Of a DNA stretch of 64,000 nt, positions 19,058-28,816 are shown piece after piece; positions within the stretch are counted from its first letter, which is position 1; the number at the start of each line of letters is the position of its first letter. The stretch is from Calditrichia bacterium. Its GTDB lineage: Bacteria; Calditrichota; Calditrichia; RBG-13-44-9; J075. The notes beneath the pieces were generated by a model, which saw nothing but the letters and a program-made list of their open reading frames with translations, was not told where the DNA came from and made no database searches. The stretch spans positions 34,358 to 98,357 of the forward strand of contig JBOEGD010000026.1 in assembly GCA_050633245.1 (NCBI GenBank), given 5' to 3'. Both the position numbers and the translations under genes were made by a program.

Positions 19058-20842
19058 ATGAGCTACCAATCTTCCGATGCCCCGGTTTCCGATCGTGTCG
19101 CCCATGCAATGATGCGTGGGTTTGAGGGGTTCTTTGCTCAATTCAAAGCCGTTACACGTCGCGCTAAAGGCCGTTTTGAGCGACGCCATTGGCACGGAAT
19201 GCAAACGGATGCTTCCGTACGATTAAAATTTTATCGTCGCGCTACAGATATGGCACTCCAGGATATCAAGGCTATTATGGGTGATAGAATTAATGAGCTT
19301 GAGCTATGGAGTATGGCGAAGGCCTGTTATTCAGAGCTGCTGATTGATCGGGAAGATTGGGAACTGGCCGAGACGTTTTACAACTCTGTTACGCGTCGGT
19401 TGTTTACTACGGTTGGTGTTAATCCACAATTCGAATTTGTTGATACCGTTGTCGAAACCCCACCGATATTATATGGCGAGCAGCTCTATTATACCTATCA
19501 AGATGATATTCCGCTTGTTGATTTAGTCCTCCGGATTCTACAGGACTACCCTTTTCAGCCAACCTACTGTAATCTTCGTAAGAGCGCCGACCTTATTGCC
19601 AGTCGAATTCAGGAACATCTCGAAAGCATTGGTGCGATGCGTACGGTGCAACGAACGCAGATGATAAAGTCGGTATTTTATCGCGGTAAAGGCGCCTACA
19701 TTATTGGCAAATTGTTTAGCGGTTCCCATCAAATTCCAATCGTTTTGGCGCTTCTGAATAAAAAAGATGGCGTTTCCATAGATGCCGTTTTGTTGGAAGA
19801 GAATGATGTGAGTATTCTCTTCAGCTTTACGCGTTCCTACTTTCTGGTAGATGTCGATCGATATTACGATCTTGTTCGTTTCCTTAAGTCCATTATGCCC
19901 CGTAAGCGAATAGCGGAGCTGTATATTGCTCTTGGCCATAACAAGCATGGCAAAACGGAACTATATCGGGATATTATTTATCATTTCCAGGCTTCGGATG
20001 ACCGTTTTGAATATACCCAGGGTGTAGTTGGCATGGTAATGATTGTGTTTACAATTCCCGGACTGGATGTTGTCTTTAAGATTATCCGCGACAAATTTAC
20101 CTACCCGAAGATTACGGATCATAAAATGGTGCTGGATAAATACAATTTGGTATTCAAACACGATCGTGCCGGTCGTTTGGTAGATGCGCAGGAATTCAAT
20201 TACCTTGAATTTGACAGGACTTTATTTAATGAAACGTTGTTGGCCGATTTGCTTAAGGATGCAAAGAAGACCGTGGAAATTAAGGGTAATCAGGTCGTAA
20301 TAAAGCACGCATATATTGAGCGTCGGATGATTCCACTAGACATTTTTGCTGCCGAAGCATCGGAAGATGCGGCAATTGCAGCGGTTGTCGACTATGGGCA
20401 GGCGATTAAAGATCTTGCTAAGACGAATATCTTTCCGGGTGATATGTTGTTGAAAAACTTTGGTGTCACCAGACATGGTCGGGTGGTCTTTTACGATTAT
20501 GATGAGCTTTGTTTATTAAGTGAATGCAATTTCAGACATATTCCACAGGCCCCCAACCTGGCCGATCTTGATGAAAATTTTGATGCCGAGAAATGGTTCA
20601 CCATCGGTGAGAAGGATATTTTTCCGACCGAATTTATTCATTTCCTTGGTTTATTGGGGAAGCTGCGGATTGCCTTCCTGCAAAACCACCAGGAAATTTA
20701 CAAAGTGGAATATTGGCAATGGTTGCAGGAACGAATCGATAAAGGGGAAATTATTCATACTCTGCCCTACAGAAAGGATAAACGTTTGCAGCCGGATTCT
20801 CCGGTGAACATTCCGTTTGTTTCGCAGCCGGAAGCAGAATAA
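19058..20842 (+). CDS. aceK: Isocitrate dehydrogenase kinase/phosphatase
   Basis: AETFYNSV, FSFTRSYF, KHGKTE, GMVM, HDRAGRL, IFPGDMLLKNFGVTRHGRVVFYDYDE. Confidence 0.95.
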   Translation: MSYQSSDAPVSDRVAHAMMRGFEGFFAQFKAVTRRAKGRFERRHWHGMQTDASVRLKFYRRATDMALQDIKAIMGDRINELELWSMAKACYSELLIDREDWELAETFYNSVTRRLFTTVGVNPQFEFVDTVVETPPILYGEQLYYTYQDDIPLVDLVLRILQDYPFQPTYCNLRKSADLIASRIQEHLESIGAMRTVQRTQMIKSVFYRGKGAYIIGKLFSGSHQIPIVLALLNKKDGVSIDAVLLEENDVSILFSFTRSYFLVDVDRYYDLVRFLKSIMPRKRIAELYIALGHNKHGKTELYRDIIYHFQASDDRFEYTQGVVGMVMIVFTIPGLDVVFKIIRDKFTYPKITDHKMVLDKYNLVFKHDRAGRLVDAQEFNYLEFDRTLFNETLLADLLKDAKKTVEIKGNQVVIKHAYIERRMIPLDIFAAEASEDAAIAAVVDYGQAIKDLAKTNIFPGDMLLKNFGVTRHGRVVFYDYDELCLLSECNFRHIPQAPNLADLDENFDAEKWFTIGEKDIFPTEFIHFLGLLGKLRIAFLQNHQEIYKVEYWQWLQERIDKGEIIHTLPYRKDKRLQPDSPVNIPFVSQPEAE

Positions 20843-20854
20843 TTAGCTGTTGTT

Positions 20855-21493
20855 TTAAGCTGTCCCTTTTTTAAAAATAACGGCAGTACGAGTGTGGTAA
20901 ACAATGTTCAGCGTATAACTGTTTGCTAACCAATCGAACGTTTCGCGAGAATAAAATGAGACATGTGTATCGTCGCGAATGTAGTGCCATGTGGGGAAGC
21001 GTTTGAGCTCGGTAAGCTGCTGAGTCATAATGCCCAAATATCCATCCTCTTTCACCAATTCAACTAAAGTTTTCCATTCCTTTTCCGGGTTACGAAAGTG
21101 CTCTGCTGTTTCTGTACAGACGACAAAGTCGTAGATCTTTTCTAATACTTCAGGATTGTTGGCGTAATAAGGATCGAATAATGTCATTTCAAAATCGGCT
21201 TCTTTCAACATTCTTGCGAGCGCCGGCCCGGGTCCGCAACCAAAATCGAGCCCACTGGCTCCGGTTGGTAACAGCGGAATGAGCGGTTCGCTCATCTGCG
21301 ATAAAAACTGCCGGTAACGTGGATCCTCCGGGTTGTTATCATGATTATCGTAACGCCTTTTTTCCTCATCAGGGGTAAGATGAAACGATTGCGGAACAAA
21401 TACCAAATGACATGTCGAGCAGTGAAAGTAATCACGTGTGGTATCACGGTGAAAGGCGGTTGCCTCGGATTGACAAAGAGAGCAGGTGGTCAT
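20855..21493 (-). CDS. Class I SAM methyltransferase with N-terminal CxxC...CxxC zinc ribbon
   Basis: MTTCSLC...CSTC, GLDFGCGPG, WHYIRDDTHVSFY; start moved to 21493. Confidence 0.88.
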   Translation of the reverse strand: MTTCSLCQSEATAFHRDTTRDYFHCSTCHLVFVPQSFHLTPDEEKRRYDNHDNNPEDPRYRQFLSQMSEPLIPLLPTGASGLDFGCGPGPALARMLKEADFEMTLFDPYYANNPEVLEKIYDFVVCTETAEHFRNPEKEWKTLVELVKEDGYLGIMTQQLTELKRFPTWHYIRDDTHVSFYSRETFDWLANSYTLNIVYHTRTAVIFKKGTA

Positions 21494-21525
21494 AATTGCG
21501 AAAATTCCGTGTTTTTTATCAGGCC

Positions 21526-21556
21526 AGACTGGAGCATTGTAAGAATGGAGCAGTCT
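21526..21556 (-). repeat. RAYT-associated 31-nt hairpin repeat (family A), copy 1
   Basis: Minus strand reads AGACTGCTCCATTCTTACAATGCTCCAGTCT. Confidence 0.9.
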
Positions 21557-21694
21557 GGGGATTTCTAAGAGTACTATATATTCCTTAGAAAAGTAGGAAA
21601 TTTTGATTTTTTTAAAAAATACATCCAAGGTGCATTATTGCTTGACTTAGAGAGGGAGAGTTTTCGCTGAACAGATGTTGCCCGATTTTTAATC

Positions 21695-21721
21695 AGACTG
21701 GAGCATTGTAAGAATGGAGCA
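21695..21721 (-). repeat. Family A copy 2 (truncated where it abuts the family B palindrome)
   Basis: agactggagcattgtaagaatggagca identical to copy 1 over 27 nt. Confidence 0.88.
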
Positions 21722-21759
21722 TTAGGGTGGAGCAGTTTTCAAAACTGCTCCACCCTAAT
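21721..21759. repeat. Family B palindrome, 19-bp perfect arms, core GAGCAGTTTTnAAAACTGCTC
   Basis: attagggtggagcagtttt-c-aaaactgctccaccctaat. Confidence 0.88.
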
Positions 21760-21914
21760 TCAAATTTGGGGTCCCCCACTTTTCGAAAACCTCGCCTTAA
21801 TAAGCCAGAATTTATACTTACGTGATACTTTATTGAGGTTGACAGGATTCTTCTTTTCAACAATCTTTGTATGTTTGACTATCACAAGTTTGTCTATCTC
21901 AAAATGAGGTGTCT

Positions 21915-22892
21915 ATGAAGTTATTACTTGTTTTCTCAATTTGGTTTATGTGCAGCGGCCTTCTGCAATTGACGGCGCAGGAAACACCTAAAGGTTATGA
22001 GCAATTACTGCCACGTGGCAAAATTTCTGCTATCGTTCAGCCTACATTCATTTCGGCTGGAGAGGCCGAAATCGCAGATGACAGCTGGATTTTGGGAGTC
22101 GTTGTAAATGGCAAGGCTCGCGCTTACAGCTTAAACTTGCTTAATTCACATGAAGTTGTAAACGATACTGAAGGTGATATTCACTTTGCCGCAGTGTGGT
22201 GACCTCTCGCAAATACCGCCGTCGTGTACGGCCGAGAATACAATGAGCAGGTCTATACTTTAGAGGCATCTGGTGGCTTAATAAACGCGTCACTGATTAT
22301 GCGTGACCGCGAGACCGATAGCTTTTGGTCACTTATGACCAGTGAAGTGATTGCCGGAAAACTCTCTGGTACCCAAATAAACGAATTGCCAATCGGTACT
22401 AAAACAATCTGGAAAAAGTGGCTACAGAAACATCCGAAAACAATGGTGCTGTCAGTAAATGATAAAGAAGATGCCCCCTTTGGCTATGCGCGCTATTTCA
22501 CTTCCGAAGGCGGATTTCGTGGTCTGGAAGCAACGGATGATCGTCTCTCAACCAAAGCGCAGGTTTATTCCTTCCACTATAATGGTCAGCCGTATGCCGT
22601 TTCCGCAAAAAAAATTGAAGGCGGGGCAGCGTTTGATGTCGGGGGTAAGCAGCTCTTCTTTTATCGTCCCAAAGACGCCGCGATGTATTTTTCCAGTATT
22701 GCAGTTATCGGAGACAAATTTGAACAGAAAGATGGTGTCTGGACAGAGACCACGTTGGGCGTTAACTTTAACGTTGAAGAAATGCGCTTTAGAGGTGACG
22801 ACTCAATGAAACTAAAGGCTGTTGGTGGATTCGATACTTTTTGGTACAACTGGAGTCTCACAAACCCTGATACCGAGTTGCTGGGGCAGTAG
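21915..22892 (+). CDS. DUF3179-family selenoprotein (single 325-aa ORF, TGA 22200-22202 read as Sec)
   Basis: Two track ORFs are in frame across one TGA: HEVVND...AAVW-U-PLANTAVVY...MRDRETDSFWS...FWYNW; TGA at the position of the family Cys; signal peptide. Confidence 0.85.
22206..22236 (+). promoter_or_regulatory. Putative bacterial SECIS hairpin
   Basis: GCCGT (22218-22) / loop CGTGT / ACGGC (22228-32), lower pairing CTCG/CGAG; loop begins 20 nt after TGA with G at loop position 2. Confidence 0.7.
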
Positions 22893-22980
22893 CGCAGAAA
22901 AAATGTTTGGGAAAATGCCTGTGTTTGGCTATTATTCAATAGCCCGTCACCGTTTTGCATACGCTGCAGGATCTGAGACT

Positions 22981-23787
22981 ATGACGCATTCTCCCCAAAA
23001 TCCTATTAAGCCTGTCAAAGGTTTTCTGATAGATATTGATGGCGTTTTGTATGTTGAAAAACAGGTTATTCGCGGTGCTGTCGAATCCATCAATTACCTG
23101 CAGAAAAACAAGATCCCATTCTGCCTCGTCACAAACACCACAAGTAAAAGTCGCAATACTTTACACACGAATTTACAGCGAAAAGGATTTAAACTAAATC
23201 TTGAGCAGGTTTTCTCTGCTCCCTTTGCTACTGCTCAGTGGTTGAAAGAGCAGAATGTCTCCTCAATAAATCTTTTTTTACGCGGCGATGCGTATCGCGA
23301 GTTCAAAGATTTTCGGATCACCAATAACAAGCCTGAATATGTGGTGATTGGTGACGTTGGCGATGATCTTACTTATAAAAGCTTGAACCAGGCTTTCCGC
23401 CTTATTTTCAATGGGGCAAAAATGATTGCTTTGCAAAAAAATCGCTATTGGTTACGTGGAGATGGCCTGGCGATTGATGCCGGAGCAATTGTAGCAGCAC
23501 TCGAATATGCAGCCTCAAAAAAAGCGCGCATTATCGGTAAGCCAAGCCCGGACTTTTTTCAACAAGCCATCCGGTCAATCGGCATTGCCAAAGAAAATCT
23601 TGCCATGATTGGCGACGATATGGAAGCGGATATCATTGGGGCAGCAAAAGAGGGACTTTATACAATTGCTGTTAAAACAGGCAAGTTTGGTAAGCGCAGC
23701 AATGTTAAAAAAGGACTACCTCATCTGGTTTTACCTTCAATTGCAGACCTTCCGGATTGGTTGGAGAAGCAAAAGGATTCACCATGA
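22981..23787 (+). CDS. HAD subfamily IIA hydrolase (LHPP/TIGR01458-like)
   Basis: LIDIDGVL, VTNTT, IGKPSPDFF, MIGDDMEADIIGA, VKTGKF. Confidence 0.9.
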   Translation: MTHSPQNPIKPVKGFLIDIDGVLYVEKQVIRGAVESINYLQKNKIPFCLVTNTTSKSRNTLHTNLQRKGFKLNLEQVFSAPFATAQWLKEQNVSSINLFLRGDAYREFKDFRITNNKPEYVVIGDVGDDLTYKSLNQAFRLIFNGAKMIALQKNRYWLRGDGLAIDAGAIVAALEYAASKKARIIGKPSPDFFQQAIRSIGIAKENLAMIGDDMEADIIGAAKEGLYTIAVKTGKFGKRSNVKKGLPHLVLPSIADLPDWLEKQKDSP

Positions 23788-24407
23788 TGATAAGACATAT
23801 ACTTCCCCACTATCTAATGATTCTGGTCTTGTTTTTTCTTGCGGGATGCACAACGTATAACCCCGAAGATACGGAATACCTCAACGCCATTGCCGAAGAG
23901 CGACGAACAAAAGATCTGAACTTCCGAACGGCAGAACATTCTCCACTTAAGCCGGAAATGAAGAATGACTTTAAGGGACTCAACTATTTCCCCGCCAGCG
24001 TGGATTGGCGTTTTGAAGGAAAGCTGGTTCTAAATGAGTCCACTGTAATTGATACAATATTGGGAACTAAGGCGAAAGATAAGCGTCCTGCCAAGCGTCA
24101 TGGCTGGTTTAAGTTTAGCAAAAACGGCAAAGATATGAGCCTGTTGGTCTACAAGATGTTACGCTCCAAGAGTGGATATGAAGACTATTTGTTTCTTGGG
24201 TTTACAGACAAAACGAGCGGAGATGAAAGCTACCCCGCCGGTCGATATATTGATCTGGTGAAAAATGATAACAATTTCTATGTTGTAGACTTCAATAAAG
24301 CCTACAATCCATACTGCGCGTATAATGCAAAATTTTCCTGTGCAATCCCACCATTAGAAAATGATCTGCCAATTGCCGTAACCGCAGGTGAAAAAGTGTT
24401 TAAATAG
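23784..24407 (+). CDS. DUF1684 lipoprotein
   Basis: Lipobox LAGC; FTDKTSGDESYPAGRY, DFNKAYNPYCAYN, CAIPP, VTAGEK. Confidence 0.88.
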   Translation: MMIRHILPHYLMILVLFFLAGCTTYNPEDTEYLNAIAEERRTKDLNFRTAEHSPLKPEMKNDFKGLNYFPASVDWRFEGKLVLNESTVIDTILGTKAKDKRPAKRHGWFKFSKNGKDMSLLVYKMLRSKSGYEDYLFLGFTDKTSGDESYPAGRYIDLVKNDNNFYVVDFNKAYNPYCAYNAKFSCAIPPLENDLPIAVTAGEKVFK

Positions 24408-24423
24408 AGCCGCACAATTGTAA

Positions 24424-24906
24424 TCATTTTTTTTCATACGTCTGCGTTTTTTCCTCGAAAATTTCAACAATCTTTTTCTTACGATATTCGAAAATGGTTT
24501 CTACGTTTTTTCGAACCATTGTGCTGTGAATCAGCGGAGAAAAAAACCAACCCGGAACCTCGTACTCTACGCGATCTGTCATCCAGGTGCCACCATCCTT
24601 TGCCTCGAAGGTGTGGGTGTGCTCCCATTTATTGTATGGGCCGCGTAGTTGGCGATCCATAAAACGATATGGTGGTTCCCAAACGAATATTTCTGTTCTC
24701 CAGCCAAATGGAATGCCGTAAAGCTTTAGTCGGTAGTTAAGCAAGCTGCCTTGCTCAATTGGGTCTGGAATTGGCGGTAGAATATTGAACTTTAAGATTT
24801 GTGGTGTAATTGCTTCCAAATTGCGAGCGTCCTGAAAAAATTGAAATGTCTCCTCTACGCTGGTAGGTAGCCAGAGCTCGGTTTCCAGTAAATACGTTTT
24901 TTTCAT
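24424..24906 (-). CDS. SRPBCC-family protein
   Basis: FFQDARNLEAITP, FMDRQLRGPY..WEHTH, MTDRVEY, IFEYR. Confidence 0.85.
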   Translation of the reverse strand: MKKTYLLETELWLPTSVEETFQFFQDARNLEAITPQILKFNILPPIPDPIEQGSLLNYRLKLYGIPFGWRTEIFVWEPPYRFMDRQLRGPYNKWEHTHTFEAKDGGTWMTDRVEYEVPGWFFSPLIHSTMVRKNVETIFEYRKKKIVEIFEEKTQTYEKK

Positions 24907-25001
24907 CGCGAAGCCTTTTCTATATTGGTTGGGTTATTTGGGTTTTATGTCGATCAAATATACAAATCGTCTCCATTGTTCACCATACTCGGATTTTATA
25001 T

Positions 25002-25829
25002 ATGAAGAAACCATTTGTTGCTACTGTGCGCGTTCAACAAAACTCCGAAGCGTCGGCATACTTTTTTGCTTTTCGTGGAAATCAACTGCTTATCCGGATG
25101 GAAAATGAACAAGTTGATATACCTCAACTATCGTCAACTATGATGTTAGACATGCGATTTCTGCGCAAACAGAATATTGGTTATTACGACGGCGTGCCAT
25201 GTTTCTCACTTGAACTGCATTTGGATACAGAAGCACCCCCCGGCATGACTTTTCAAACATTGCGGGAGCTTTTTTTTCGCGTGGATGAAGACCTACTGCA
25301 AATTGCCGGGCGAGCGTATCAAATTGTGAACTGGGATCGCGATCATCAGTTTTGTGGTCGTTGCGGCAGTCGGATGGTGACCAGCGAAAAAGATCATAGC
25401 AAAGCATGTCCGAACTGTAAGCTTGTAAATTTTCCACGAATTGCCCCGGCAGTTATTATGAGCATAACACGAGGTGATGAAATTCTACTGGCTCGTAGCC
25501 CGCGTTTTCTTCCCGGGCGCTATAGCGTGCTGGCAGGGTTCGTTGAGCCAGGTGAAACGCTTGAGGAAACCGTAGCCCGCGAAACCTTTGAGGAGACGGG
25601 AGTTCATATCAAAAATATTCAGTATTTTGGCAGCCAGCCCTGGCCATTTCCAAATTCACTGATGATTGGTTTTACCGCTGAATATGATTATGGAGACATC
25701 GTAGTAGATGGCGAAGAGATTGAAGATGCCGGATGGTATACACGTGATACGCTCCCGGGACTACCATCAGCCTACAGTATTTCCCGCAGTTTAATTGACA
25801 ATTTCCTAAGCCGGAGAGAACATTCATGA
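25002..25829 (+). CDS. nudC: NAD+ diphosphatase
   Basis: FCGRCG...CPNC Zn ribbon, Nudix box AGFVEPGETLEETVARETFEETG, SQPWPFPNS. Confidence 0.95.
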   Translation: MKKPFVATVRVQQNSEASAYFFAFRGNQLLIRMENEQVDIPQLSSTMMLDMRFLRKQNIGYYDGVPCFSLELHLDTEAPPGMTFQTLRELFFRVDEDLLQIAGRAYQIVNWDRDHQFCGRCGSRMVTSEKDHSKACPNCKLVNFPRIAPAVIMSITRGDEILLARSPRFLPGRYSVLAGFVEPGETLEETVARETFEETGVHIKNIQYFGSQPWPFPNSLMIGFTAEYDYGDIVVDGEEIEDAGWYTRDTLPGLPSAYSISRSLIDNFLSRREHS

Positions 25830-26914
25830 CAGAACGAATTCCGCCATTTTTACCATCCGAACTTGTTGTTAAGCCGGTTGAAGAAGCGGATACAATCCCG
25901 TCTTCCTGGTACACCGACCCGGCATTTCATGACTGGGATCAGCAGACGCTTTTTGCTCACAATTGGCAATGTGTCGGACATGTCGCACGCGTTGCCAATG
26001 AGGGCGAGTATTTTGCTACAGACATTGGCGGTAATCCTGTTTTGGTAGTGCGTGATAAAGACGGTATACTCAGAGCATTTTATAATGTGTGTCGCCATCG
26101 AGGTGGGCCATTGGTTACCGATGAAAGTGGCTGCGTGAATGCACTCCAGTGTAAATACCACGGTTGGACGTACTGGCTGGATGGCATGCTTCGCGGTGTG
26201 CCAGAGTTCGATCGCGTAAAGCTATTTGATAAGAAAGATTTTGGCCTTACACCTGTTCCCATCAAGGTATGGCAGGGACTCATCTTTTTGCGCTTGGAAG
26301 ATGGTGAGAACCACCTCGATAAAACCCTTACGGAAATCGAGCAGCGAATCGCTCCACTGGACCTTACCGAACTTCAGTTTCACTCCCAGACAGTCTATGA
26401 TATTGATTGCAATTGGAAGGTGTATATCGACAATTACTTAGAGGGATATCATATTCCACATGTGCACCCTGAACTGAATAAACTTCTGGACTATCGTGAA
26501 TATGCCACCGAAACGTTTCCCTTTCATTCACTTCAATACAGCCCTTTCAAAAAGGGGGAAAACATCTATGGCAGCGATGGTGGTGAGGCTTATTACTATT
26601 TTATCTTCCCAAACATCATGTTGAACATTCTTCCCGGAAGACTGCAAACGAACTTGATTCTGCCGTTGGAGCAGCAGCGTTGCCGCGTCATTTTCGACTA
26701 TTATTATGCTGATCTGCATTCATCTGAGGCAAAAAAGCTCATTCGCGAAGACATCGAGTACAGCGATGTGATACAACAGGAGGATATCGACATCTGCCTT
26801 CGCGTGCAGTGTGGTTTAAATTCTCGCGCCTACGATAAAGGTCGTTTTTCCGTCACGCGCGAGTCAGGCGTTTACCATTTCCAGAGCTTATTGAAGAAGA
26901 TGTATCGAAGATAA
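25826..26914 (+). CDS. Rieske non-heme iron oxygenase alpha subunit (choline monooxygenase-like)
   Basis: CRHRG...CKYHGW Rieske motif; NWK...DNYLEGYHIPHVH; EDxxIC. Confidence 0.9.
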   Translation: MTERIPPFLPSELVVKPVEEADTIPSSWYTDPAFHDWDQQTLFAHNWQCVGHVARVANEGEYFATDIGGNPVLVVRDKDGILRAFYNVCRHRGGPLVTDESGCVNALQCKYHGWTYWLDGMLRGVPEFDRVKLFDKKDFGLTPVPIKVWQGLIFLRLEDGENHLDKTLTEIEQRIAPLDLTELQFHSQTVYDIDCNWKVYIDNYLEGYHIPHVHPELNKLLDYREYATETFPFHSLQYSPFKKGENIYGSDGGEAYYYFIFPNIMLNILPGRLQTNLILPLEQQRCRVIFDYYYADLHSSEAKKLIREDIEYSDVIQQEDIDICLRVQCGLNSRAYDKGRFSVTRESGVYHFQSLLKKMYRR

Positions 26915-27029
26915 AAGTGGGAAGCTCTTTACGCAGCAGAGCCCCGGAAAGAGAATGCACAGTCCGGAGCTTTGCGAGGGTTGGCATTGCAGAACGGCTG
27001 CTAAAAACGCCAAACGTAGGGCGAGGAAT

Positions 27030-27422
27030 TTATTTTGCTGCTGCCACAGCTTCTACCTCAATAAGCCAATGCGGGGAAACTAATCCCGACACAAAAAGCG
27101 TTGTTATAGCCGGACGAACACCGTCCAATATTTCTTTGCGAACGTCTACAAGTGTTGCCATGTCTTTCGGCCGCGTGAGGTAAAAAGTCATCTTAATAAT
27201 GTCGCTTAGCTGCATATCGGCACTTTGCAATACTGCTTCGACATTGCGTAATGCCTGCTCACACTGCCCGCGAAAATCTTCCGGTAAATGGCCTTTCGGC
27301 GATTCACCCACCTGCCCGGAAATGTGTAGCATTCTAACATCAGCTGCTGTCTCTACTCCATAGGAAAAAATGCCGTGGTATGGATCTCTTACTGGTTGAG
27401 GATCATGTCTTTTTGATATCAT
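27030..27422 (-). CDS. RidA/YjgF-family protein
   Basis: LHISGQVG, RPAIT, LIEVEAVA. Confidence 0.9.
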   Translation of the reverse strand: MISKRHDPQPVRDPYHGIFSYGVETAADVRMLHISGQVGESPKGHLPEDFRGQCEQALRNVEAVLQSADMQLSDIIKMTFYLTRPKDMATLVDVRKEILDGVRPAITTLFVSGLVSPHWLIEVEAVAAAK

Positions 27423-27473
27423 ATTTTTTCCTTTTAGATCTAGACTTTATTAAGGCGTAAAGCTTTACTCTAT

Positions 27474-27498
27474 GAGACGCGAGGCATCGCGTCTTTAC
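27474..27498. repeat. Degenerate GTAG-type REP (AGACGCGA-GGCA-TCGCGTCT)
   Basis: Same architecture as the 13501 and 37827 elements. Confidence 0.6.
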
Positions 27499-27514
27499 TA
27501 TGATGACAAAGCCC

Positions 27515-28816
27515 TTAAGATAGTTTTAGTTCGTAGTGTACGGGAGCCTCATCCGGTTCAGCCAATAGCTTCATGCAGGTGTCGTAAAAGCGAGTCCGGT
27601 TGATGTCGCTTCCGGTATATCGCTGTAGTGCTTCCAAATTCTCCCATAGTGTTAAGAGGAAAAAGTGTGTGTTTTCACCTTCCGGCCGTTGAAAGACAAA
27701 TACTCCGCGGTTGCCCTTTACTGCCTTGTAGCCGGGGACGCCGGTTGATTGTAGGAACTTATAGTATTCTTCCGCCTGCTCATTTGCCACCACGCCATGC
27801 CAGGTGCGTGCAATAAACCCTTCCGTATTATCCAGGGCAAACTCCGGGTATTTTGCTGTTGGAATATGCCCTACTTCCTGACCGGCATCTTCGCGTAGCT
27901 GCGAGATTGAAATCAATAGAACTGCTATTAGGATTGCAACTGCACCAACAAGCATTGGTTGCGTAAGCAGTTCGCCGCGAAAGCTCCAACCGAGAATGAC
28001 TGCCACCAGTGGATTAAAGAAAGCATACGTTCCAACCTTCGCGGGTGTGCTGACGGAGAGCAACCAAACATAAGCTACGTAGCCAAGCAGCGTTCCAAAG
28101 GTAATCAGATAAACCAACGCGGCAATAGAGCTGCCGGTAAGAGTTGCCGTCGAAAACTCGTTCCACTCGCCACTATAGCCACCCATTGCAAACAACATCA
28201 CCGCTGAGCTTAACATACTCATGCTGATTGTCATGAGAATTGGCAGTTCGTTTTTTACATACTTTGAATAAAGAGAGCCTACCGCCCAGCTAAGCGTGCC
28301 GAATAGCAGAACCAGAATTCCCGCTTGCTTTGTCCCGGCAGATTCACCGCTAAACAGAGGCTGAAAATCCGCACCAGTCAGCAAGCCAACGCCAATAACA
28401 CCTAATGCCATTCCAGCGACTAGTCCGAATGAAGGGCGCTGTTTCTGGTAGATGCAGCTAATTAAAACCATCCAAACCGGTACCATTGCACAAATAAGTG
28501 CTGCCATACCCGATGAGATATACTGCTCGGACCAAATGAGGCTTCCGTTTCCGAAGAAAAGCAATAATGCTCCAACGATAGTAGCATAACGCCAGTCGGA
28601 CCAGGAAGGTCGCGCATCATACTTAAACCAGGCCCAGATAAAGAGTGCCAGTCCTGCGACACCAAACCGCAATCCACCCATCAAAAAGGGAGGGATCGAA
28701 TCGATTGCATAGCGAATTGCCAAAAAAGTGGAGCCCCATACCACGTAAACGACTGCGAATGCCCCAAGCACCTTTAGCGAAGTGCTGCTGAATTTTTGCT
28801 GAATCATTGCTATCAT
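27515..28816 (-). CDS. EamA/DMT transporter (YedA-like) fused to a C-terminal ABM-like barrel
   Basis: VVYVVWGSTFLAI, TYAFFNPLVAV; then IARTWHG...GNRGV...LTLWENLEA. Confidence 0.85.
   Translation of the reverse strand: MIAMIQQKFSSTSLKVLGAFAVVYVVWGSTFLAIRYAIDSIPPFLMGGLRFGVAGLALFIWAWFKYDARPSWSDWRYATIVGALLLFFGNGSLIWSEQYISSGMAALICAMVPVWMVLISCIYQKQRPSFGLVAGMALGVIGVGLLTGADFQPLFSGESAGTKQAGILVLLFGTLSWAVGSLYSKYVKNELPILMTISMSMLSSAVMLFAMGGYSGEWNEFSTATLTGSSIAALVYLITFGTLLGYVAYVWLLSVSTPAKVGTYAFFNPLVAVILGWSFRGELLTQPMLVGAVAILIAVLLISISQLREDAGQEVGHIPTAKYPEFALDNTEGFIARTWHGVVANEQAEEYYKFLQSTGVPGYKAVKGNRGVFVFQRPEGENTHFFLLTLWENLEALQRYTGSDINRTRFYDTCMKLLAEPDEAPVHYELKLS

Noticed and set aside
21494-21628. N-terminal extension of the methyltransferase given in the ORF track
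   Set aside because: Runs through repeat A; family-like sequence starts at MTTCSLC
21909-22892. DUF3179 as two genes or a nonsense pseudogene
   Set aside because: TGA falls on the conserved Cys position and has a SECIS-like hairpin; no other lesions
26936-26976. Hairpin GCAGAGCCCCGGA/TCCGGAGCTTTGC as ncRNA
   Set aside because: Between convergent genes; simplest reading is an imperfect terminator
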